DNA of 7,096 nucleotides, from the NCBI GenBank assembly GCA_008932965.1, contig WBXG01000073.1:1-7096 (forward strand), written 5' to 3'. The notes below the pieces were generated by a model. That model ran no database searches. It saw only the letters and a program-made list of their open reading frames with translations, and was not told the DNA's origin. The first letter of the stretch is position 1. Every line of letters begins with the position of its first letter. Both the position numbers and the translations under genes were made by a program. The DNA comes from Verrucomicrobiota bacterium. GTDB taxonomy: Bacteria; Verrucomicrobiota; Verrucomicrobiia; Chthoniobacterales; UBA6821. This document shows positions 1 to 5,122 of the stretch, one piece after another.

Positions 1-13
1 AATATTCCAATGT

Positions 14-48
14 CCGTGGGTATGTAGAAGTGACAGCAGCACCCACGG
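14..48. repeat. Short inverted repeat / stem-loop of unknown function
   Basis: CCGTGGGT (14-21) is the perfect reverse complement of ACCCACGG (41-48), giving an 8-bp stem with a 19-nt loop. No T-run follows, so it is not a canonical intrinsic terminator. Confidence 0.4.
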
Positions 49-62
49 TGCTAGACAAGTAG

Positions 63-265
63 AGTTAACCCGCCTATTTCATACCGATCAATTTCATAAC
101 GATCACCTACGGAAACCGGGCAGTCAGATGACTCCGTTAGACTCCCTTTTTGACTTGGGCGGTAGGGACTCTTACAGCCTTGCATCACAATCCTCCGCCC
201 GCCTTGTGCTCATGAGCTTTGTACAGCGCCTCGCGACGAACCAGTATGAAATATGCGGGTTAACT
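63..265 (+). repeat. Copy A of an unnamed palindromic repeat element (MITE-like or structured RNA). It has a long-range closing inverted repeat and a GC-rich core.
   Basis: Left arm TTAACCCGCCTATTTCATAC (65-84) pairs with right arm GTATGAAATATGCGGGTTAA (244-263) at 19/20, and A63-T265 and G64-C264 extend the stem. The arms match copy C at 22/24 (left) and 33/37 (right). A tandem 15-mer ATTTCATA[C/A]CGATCA lies at 76-90 and 91-105. The core 101-240 is 56% GC by hand count. Strand denotes relative orientation only. Confidence 0.8.
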
Positions 266-275
266 TATCAAAAGA

Positions 276-304
276 TTGCCTATTATTTTTTCAATCGATA
301 TTAT
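276..304 (+). promoter_or_regulatory. Candidate sigma70-type promoter for the DUF1844 gene
   Basis: TTGCCT (276-281), a 17-nt spacer, then TATTAT (299-304), about 22 nt upstream of the ATG at 326. It lies in an AT-rich stretch that is also the 3' tail of repeat copy A. Motif match only. Confidence 0.25.
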
Positions 305-325
305 TAATGTTCAATATTTATTTAT

Positions 326-736
326 ATGCCAGAAGTTCAAAAAGCCAATTCACAGAACGGGGAAACTGCACAACGTTTCATAGAATTCATTATGATGCAG
401 GCACAACAGGCCATGCTTTTTCTAGGTCGCCTTCCACATCCTTCCACTGGAGAAACTATGGTGAACTTGGAAGCTGCACGGATGTTCATTGATTACATCG
501 ACATGCTAAAAGAAAAAACACATGGTAATCTTTCCAACGATGAGGAAAAAGTTTTAGGAAGTATTTTGAGTGACTTGCAAATCTCTTTTGTGCAGGTTTC
601 CAAGGATAATCTCGCTGATCAAACAATTCCAAATCAAGAACCCGAGTCCACCGAGCCAGATTCTAAAATTGAAGAGAGTGCTTCTTCCCAAGAAGACCAG
701 AAAAAACGATTTTCTAAGAGCTACGGAGAATTGTAA
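326..736 (+). CDS. DUF1844 domain-containing protein
   Basis: 136-aa ORF. The segment FIEFIMMQAQQAMLFLGRLPHPSTGETMVNLEAARMFIDYIDMLKEKTHGNLSNDEEKVLGSILSDLQISF matches the recalled DUF1844 pattern (F..l...A...LG..P.p.tGe..vnL..Ak..ID.L.mL.eKT.GNL...E...L...L..L). It has an acidic low-complexity C-terminal tail. Confidence 0.85.
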   Translation: MPEVQKANSQNGETAQRFIEFIMMQAQQAMLFLGRLPHPSTGETMVNLEAARMFIDYIDMLKEKTHGNLSNDEEKVLGSILSDLQISFVQVSKDNLADQTIPNQEPESTEPDSKIEESASSQEDQKKRFSKSYGEL

Positions 737-787
737 TTCCTCCCGGTCTGTATCAGACTTCGTGGCACTAACTCCTTTGAAGTTGCT

Positions 788-1831
788 CTATATTTCAAGC
801 AGTGTGCGTTGCCATGGGAGCAGGGATACCCCGTCAGTGTTTCGTGCAACTGTTTCTAGGGCCAGTTTTGAGGCTATAACGGAAGGATTCAGTCCTAACT
901 GGGCTGCGGCATAATCTCGTTTATCTTTTAATTTTCTAAATAATTCCATTTCCTGTTTAGTGGTACGAATAGATGTTCTGATAATAGGGTGCGGACACTC
1001 CTCTTCAGGTAATGCCAGAGCAGTTGTAAGAATCTCTTCAAAAAGGGCTTTTTGCGTCGAAGATAATCTGGAAGGGATAACTTTTTTACCCTGAGCGCCA
1101 CTTTCTGCAATGTGAAGCATTTCGCTATTGGAAAGGATATAAAATGGAGGTTTATCTGACTTGCGAGATTCACTATCACGCCATTTCCAGACAGCACGGA
1201 GGAGAGCCCAGCTTCTTCGAGAGAGCTTAGCATACCCAGAGATACGCCAGAGCATCTCTTCCTCTTTGACTTTCACCTCGCGAGTTGCACGGATCATCCG
1301 ATCTCGCGATTGATAAAACCATTCTATACGTTCTAATTCGTGAAGTTTTTCTTCAAAAATTGCAGCAAGTTCATGAAGGTAGCGCACATCATTAAGTGCA
1401 TAGTCGACCATCAGTCCAGAGAGGGGGCGTTGTCCCCAATTGGCTTTTCGAGAAGCTTTGGAGAGTTTTACATTAAAAAACTTTTCAACTAATGCGGCTA
1501 GTCCTAAGTGAGGTTCTCCACACAAGCGTGCAGCAAGCATCGTATCGAAGATATTGTCGTCAGGAAAGGAACCTGAGCGTCGTAAAAGCCGAAGATCGTA
1601 ATCGGCATCATGAAAAACGAGGCGCTTTCCCTCTAGGGTTTTAAAAAAATCAGAAAGGGGTAAGCCTGCTAGGGGATCAAGAAGCAATAAGCTGCAAGGA
1701 GAACCTATTTGGATGAGACAAAGTTTTTCAAAATAACAGTGTAAACTGTCAGCTTCCGTATCTAAGGCAATCTCAGAATGAGAGGCTAGCTGACCCAGGA
1801 AATCAGCATATAAGGAAGGATCAGAAATCAA
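788..1831 (-). CDS. rnd: Ribonuclease D (DEDDy 3'-5' exonuclease with HRDC domain)
   Basis: 347 aa. Exo motifs are IALDTEADSL, LVFHDADYDLRLL and YALNDVRYLHEL, followed by a C-terminal HRDC-like segment (RDYAAAQLGLNPSVIASKLALETVAR). The only start in range is TTG at 1831-1829, 15 nt after the nuoC stop and in the same frame. No SD is visible, so the start is uncertain. Confidence 0.88.
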   Translation of the reverse strand: MISDPSLYADFLGQLASHSEIALDTEADSLHCYFEKLCLIQIGSPCSLLLLDPLAGLPLSDFFKTLEGKRLVFHDADYDLRLLRRSGSFPDDNIFDTMLAARLCGEPHLGLAALVEKFFNVKLSKASRKANWGQRPLSGLMVDYALNDVRYLHELAAIFEEKLHELERIEWFYQSRDRMIRATREVKVKEEEMLWRISGYAKLSRRSWALLRAVWKWRDSESRKSDKPPFYILSNSEMLHIAESGAQGKKVIPSRLSSTQKALFEEILTTALALPEEECPHPIIRTSIRTTKQEMELFRKLKDKRDYAAAQLGLNPSVIASKLALETVARNTDGVSLLPWQRTLLEI

Positions 1832-1846
1832 AATGAATGATGCTTG

Positions 1847-2467
1847 CTATGGCTCAGCAATGAATGTTTTTTGAGAAGAAATGTTCTCTAAGGAAGATTC
1901 AGCAGAGCGATGTCGAGGCTCTCTAACCTGAGTGTTGCCGATGCTTGGGGCACTTACGAAAGGACCACCTTGAAGTGGAGCTGGCTCTGAAAAGGCAACA
2001 TCAGGCATTTCACTCGGTTTTCCCTCAAGAGGAAAATCTTTCCGTAAGGGATAATAAGGATAGCCATCCCACATAAGAATACGTCTTAAATCAGGATGTC
2101 CTTCAAAAGTAATTCCCATCATGTCGTAGACTTCGCGTTCATGCCAATTGGCTGTTGCCCACAGAGTCGATACTGTTGAAATCGATGCTTGATCTTCAGA
2201 AAGTAGAATCTTCAAGCGCAAGGCAATTTTTGACTCTAAGGAGTAAAGTTCATAGACAACTTCAAATCGAGGATCCTTTCCATAATGATCAACGCTTGAA
2301 ATATCAAGTAACATATCAAATCCTAGTTGATCACGGGCAAATTGGCAGATTTTGTAAAGGTGCGATTGTTCTAGTGTGATCGTCATTTCTGCACGGAATT
2401 CCTTTTTTTCAAGAATAGAGGAGGAAAAATTTTCCTCCAGGCGAATGACAGCTTCTTTTAGATTCAT
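1847..2467 (-). CDS. nuoC: NADH-quinone oxidoreductase subunit C (30-kDa subunit)
   Basis: The segment FEVVYELYSLESKIALRLK...WATANWHEREVYDMMGITFEGHPDLRRILMWDGYPYYPLRKDFPLEG is typical NuoC/Nqo5. The ORF opens with GTG at 2470. The ATG at 2467 lies 7 nt downstream of a GGAG Shine-Dalgarno (complement of 2475-2478) and is preferred. Confidence 0.92.
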   Translation of the reverse strand: MNLKEAVIRLEENFSSSILEKKEFRAEMTITLEQSHLYKICQFARDQLGFDMLLDISSVDHYGKDPRFEVVYELYSLESKIALRLKILLSEDQASISTVSTLWATANWHEREVYDMMGITFEGHPDLRRILMWDGYPYYPLRKDFPLEGKPSEMPDVAFSEPAPLQGGPFVSAPSIGNTQVREPRHRSAESSLENISSQKTFIAEP

Positions 2468-2481
2468 CACAGGTCTCCTTT

Positions 2482-3021
2482 TTAGAGCGAATTGAGTAAG
2501 GCACGCTTTTGATCTAAGAAAGAATGTTCTTTCATGATTTTGTCTTGGAGTCGCATGAGTCCATCAAGCAGTGCTTCGGGACGCGGAGGGCAGCCAGAAA
2601 TATAAATATCAACAGGAATGACCTGATCAACACCTTGCAATACAGAATAGCTTCGATACATTCCCCCACTGGAAGCACAGGCTCCCATAGCTATCACCCA
2701 CTTGGGTTCTGGCATCTGTTCATAAATTCGTTTTACAGAAAGGGCCATTTTATAAGTGACTGTTCCAGCAACAATCATCACATCAGATTGACGTGGCGAA
2801 AAACGCATCACCTCTGCTCCAAAGCGAGAAATATCATAGCGAGAGGAGGAAGCTGCCATGAGTTCGATAGCGCAGCAAGCAAGTCCCATGGGCATGGGCC
2901 AAAGAGAATTTTTTCTCATCCAATTAATAGCTGCATCAAGTTTTGTGATAATAACATTTCCCTCGATTTTAGAATCGTAGGCAACCGGGAGACTTGCAGA
3001 TGTGGCAGAGGAATGATCCAT
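2482..3021 (-). CDS. nuoB: NADH-quinone oxidoreductase subunit B (PSST/N2 cluster subunit)
   Basis: 179 aa. [23 protein letters not shown] and GCPPRPEAL supply all four N2 [4Fe-4S] cysteine ligands. The stop lies 11 nt upstream of nuoC. Confidence 0.95.
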   Translation of the reverse strand: MDHSSATSASLPVAYDSKIEGNVIITKLDAAINWMRKNSLWPMPMGLACCAIELMAASSSRYDISRFGAEVMRFSPRQSDVMIVAGTVTYKMALSVKRIYEQMPEPKWVIAMGACASSGGMYRSYSVLQGVDQVIPVDIYISGCPPRPEALLDGLMRLQDKIMKEHSFLDQKRALLNSL

Positions 3022-3088
3022 TTGGCGATAGTAAAAAAAGAGGAGGATCCCAGCAAGAGGAAACTTTGTTTTTTCAGGAGAGTAAAAA

Positions 3089-3276
3089 AGTTAACCTGGA
3101 TGTTTCATGCTAATCGTAACGAGGAGGCAGCGAAGCCTGGGTGGATAGTGTGACTTCAAAGTCATTTTCGGGGAGTCTGAGCACCTATACAATTGCATGA
3201 GACTCCTTCAACCACCTTGCATTATTTAGCTTTGCACGGCCCCTCATGACACTTCAGTATTCACTCTTCGGGCTGG
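3089..3276 (+). repeat. Copy B, a degenerate member of the same repeat family, in the divergent nuoB/nadC intergenic region
   Basis: AGTTAACCTGGATGTTTCATGC (3089-3110) matches copy A 63-84 at 17/22. Collinear blocks are shared with copy A. CGGGGAGTCTGA (3169-3180) aligns with CGGGCAGTCAGA (117-128). GAGACTCC (3199-3206) aligns with TAGACTCC (138-145). CCTTGCAT (3215-3222) equals 178-185. AGCTTTGCAC (3228-3237) aligns with AGCTTTGTAC (215-224). CAGTAT (3255-3260) equals 242-247. The two arms no longer pair (about 9/20). Confidence 0.55.
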
Positions 3277-3312
3277 CTCCCTCATTCTTCACAACTTTTT
3301 ATTTCTCTTCCC

Positions 3313-4164
3313 ATGTTAAGTGCTTCCTACGATCTCATTAAAATGGCTATAGCTGAGGATGTTGGTTCAGGTGATATCACTTCTCTTGCTTTTATTCCAG
3401 CAACGCATAGTAGCCGAGGACGCATTATGACGCGTCAGTCGTTAGTTGTTGCAGGCATGTCAACAGCTCTCGAGGTTTTTGAGAACATCGATCCTCAAAT
3501 TATCGTGAAACCGCATGCTCATGATGGAGAAAAACGAGATGCTGGAGAAACACTTTTGGAGCTTGAGGGTTCTACACGATCATTGCTTTGCGCAGAACGT
3601 GTTGTCCTGAACTTTTTAGGGCGCCTCTCTGGTATTGCCACCACGACACGTATTCATGTTGATGCGGTGGAAGGAACAGGGGTCACTATTTTAGATACTC
3701 GTAAGATGACGCCAGGCTGGCGCCTTCTTGAGAAGGAGGCGGTAAGGGCAGGTGGTGGAAAAAATCATCGGATGGGACTCTATGATGCTATTTTAATAAA
3801 GGATAATCATCTTGCTGCTCTAGGAGCTGATAGTGCATTTCAGTTGCCTGGCTATCTCAAAAAAGCGAGGTGGAAATATCCCAATATAAATATCGAAGTG
3901 GAGGCCGATACGATTGAACAAGTCGAAGTGTTTTTAAAAATTCCTGAAATTACGACCGTTTTACTCGATAATATGAGTCTTGAGATGCTGCGTGCAGCTG
4001 TGGCTCTTAGGAATAAAAAAGCACCTGCCATTCGTCTTGAAGCGAGTGGAGGGATAGGCTTGAAAAATCTTCTAGCTGTTGCTCAAACAGGCATTGATGA
4101 AATTTCTTTAGGAGCACTCACTCATTCTGCTGCATGGGCTGATCTTTCATTAGAATTATTTTAA
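3313..4164 (+). CDS. nadC: Nicotinate-nucleotide pyrophosphorylase (carboxylating) / quinolinate phosphoribosyltransferase
   Basis: 283 aa. AEDVGSGDITS, ERVVLNFLGRLSGIATTT, ILDTRKMTPGWRLLEKEAVRAGGGKNHRMGLYDAILIKDNH, LLDNMS and EASGGI are hallmark QPRTase blocks. Confidence 0.95.
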   Translation: MLSASYDLIKMAIAEDVGSGDITSLAFIPATHSSRGRIMTRQSLVVAGMSTALEVFENIDPQIIVKPHAHDGEKRDAGETLLELEGSTRSLLCAERVVLNFLGRLSGIATTTRIHVDAVEGTGVTILDTRKMTPGWRLLEKEAVRAGGGKNHRMGLYDAILIKDNHLAALGADSAFQLPGYLKKARWKYPNINIEVEADTIEQVEVFLKIPEITTVLLDNMSLEMLRAAVALRNKKAPAIRLEASGGIGLKNLLAVAQTGIDEISLGALTHSAAWADLSLELF

Positions 4165-4203
4165 CGAAATTCATAACCATGCTTTCTTTTGAGAATCTCC
4201 CAA

Positions 4204-4478
4204 TTAACCCGTATATTTCATACCGATTCTGCTGCGGCTTGCGAACACCTGATGGATACTGCGTCAGCTTCGAATTGCTCCTCGGGCAGTATGAAACTTA
4301 CATCCGTCGTTGCAATCCATCACCTTCGTTGACTCGCTCGCTCCCGCTTGTCTCGCCCTTTCAGGGCTGCCCCCTTAAAGCCAGGGCAGTCTCCACCGCG
4401 GTCTCCCGACCTCCGGTGGTGTCTGCATCAGGATTCACGAAGCCTCGCAACAAATCAGTATGAAATATGCGGGCTAAC
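4204..4478 (+). repeat. Copy C of the same repeat family, with an expanded GC-rich core, between nadC and birA
   Basis: Left arm TTAACCCGTATATTTCATAC (4204-4223) pairs with right arm GTATGAAATATGCGGGCTAA (4458-4477), giving 18 Watson-Crick pairs, one G.U and one A.C. Local hairpins are 4249-4254/4262-4267, 4365-4372/4384-4391, and 4393-4398/4414-4419 with an inner 4400-4403/4408-4411. The stretch 4331-4430 is 66% GC by hand count, against 44% for 4481-4580. Confidence 0.8.
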
Positions 4479-5081
4479 TCTCCATGGTCTCAAAATATTC
4501 AATTTTTTGAATCGCTTCCTTCCACTAATGATCTCCTCTTAGCATTAGCAGAGAAGGGGGCACCGGAGGGTACCATTGTGATTGCTCGAGAACAAACACG
4601 GGGAAGGGGGCAATTCCATCGACCATGGGTAAGTCCTTTAGGAATGGGGCTTTGGATGTCACTTCTTTTACGATTGCCCATTGAAAACGAAATGATTCAA
4701 CCACTCTCACAATTAGGACCTGTGAGTCTATGCGATACCTTTCTTTATTTAGGAATTCCTCCTTCTTCATTCAAGATCAAAGCCCCCAATGATCTTCTCC
4801 TTCATCAAAAAAAAGTGGCAGGAATTCTTGTTGAAACACGGCGTGGCATTTCCTCTTTTGCTGTCATTGGCCTTGGAGTCAATCTGCATCAGCGTGTTGA
4901 GGATTTTCCTGTCGAACTTCGTGAGCAGGCTACTTCTCTATCCTTAGCTGGTATCGATCATATTGATCGTGAAACACTCATTCCCGTGGTGATTGCAAAT
5001 TTATATAAGCGTTATCAAGAGTTGTTATCTCATCCTTCTTCACTGCATGATGCATGGAATACTTATGAAGTGGGTGATTGA
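4467..5081 (+). CDS. birA: Biotin--[acetyl-CoA-carboxylase] ligase, class I (no HTH), C-terminally short
   Basis: 204 aa. IQFFESLPSTND, IAREQTRGRGQFHRPWVSPLGMGLWMSLLL and NDLLLHQKKVAGILVE...GLGVNL align in register with the E. coli BirA catalytic domain. The ATG at 4467 is the only canonical in-frame start before the STN motif, since TGA lies at 4461-4463. Confidence 0.9.
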   Translation: MRANSPWSQNIQFFESLPSTNDLLLALAEKGAPEGTIVIAREQTRGRGQFHRPWVSPLGMGLWMSLLLRLPIENEMIQPLSQLGPVSLCDTFLYLGIPPSSFKIKAPNDLLLHQKKVAGILVETRRGISSFAVIGLGVNLHQRVEDFPVELREQATSLSLAGIDHIDRETLIPVVIANLYKRYQELLSHPSSLHDAWNTYEVGD

Positions 5082-5122
5082 GAGTAACCCTGATACTATT
5101 ACCCCATTACCTGTGACTTGAT

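Noticed and set aside
140-200. Carrier-protein-like motif DSLFDLGGRDSYSLAS in frame 2 of copy A
   Set aside because: It superficially resembles the PCP/ACP FFxLGGDSL motif. The spacing around the Ser is wrong, the surrounding sequence has no four-helix-bundle pattern, and the segment is not conserved in copies B or C.
253-492. 79-aa ORF (MRVNLSKDC...)
   Set aside because: It starts at the ATG inside the right arm of repeat copy A and overlaps the well-supported DUF1844 gene in another frame. Its composition does not look protein-like. Only its first ~16 codons are of interest, as a birA-like fragment.
737-787. Intrinsic terminator between the convergent DUF1844 gene and rnd
   Set aside because: Only a 5-bp GTCTG/CAGAC stem with a 3-nt loop is present, with no U-tract on either strand. 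This is too weak to call.
3022-3312. Possible nuoA gene or pseudogene upstream of nuoB
   Set aside because: Minus-strand translation in all three frames gives only short ORFs. None has NuoA-like transmembrane or PYECG-type motifs. The in-frame stretch just before the nuoB ATG ([23 protein letters not shown]) has no start codon and follows a TAA.
4243-4268. TPP-riboswitch-like string GAACACCTGATGGATACTGCGTCAGC
   Set aside because: It resembles the ACCUGAUCUGGAUAAUGCCAGCG segment of THI-box RNAs. However, the obligatory upstream CUGAGA/pyrimidine-sensor helix is absent, and the neighbouring genes have no thiamine link.
4179-4542. Two overlapping ORFs inside repeat copy C (4179-4463, 94 aa; 4348-4542, 64 aa, TTG start)
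   Set aside because: Both are Pro/Ser/Arg/Cys-rich translations of the 66%-GC hairpin-forming core. They have no recognisable domain and no SD, and the second overlaps the genuine birA start. They are most likely frames left open by GC-rich repeat sequence.
4440-4545. Peptide similarity between the arm-frame SLATNQYEI and the BirA SLPSTNDLLL / E. coli STNQYLL motif
   Set aside because: The two are in different reading frames, and the nucleotide alignment between 4440-4470 and 4510-4545 is poor. I treat it as coincidence.
5082-5105. GAGTAACCCTGATAC after the birA stop, resembling the GAGTTAACCCGCCTA left-arm start
   Set aside because: Only about 9 nt match, with a gap, and there is no following TTTCATAC or any right arm. 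This is within chance expectation for a 7-kb window. It could be a solo-arm scar linked to the birA 3' truncation, but I cannot support that.
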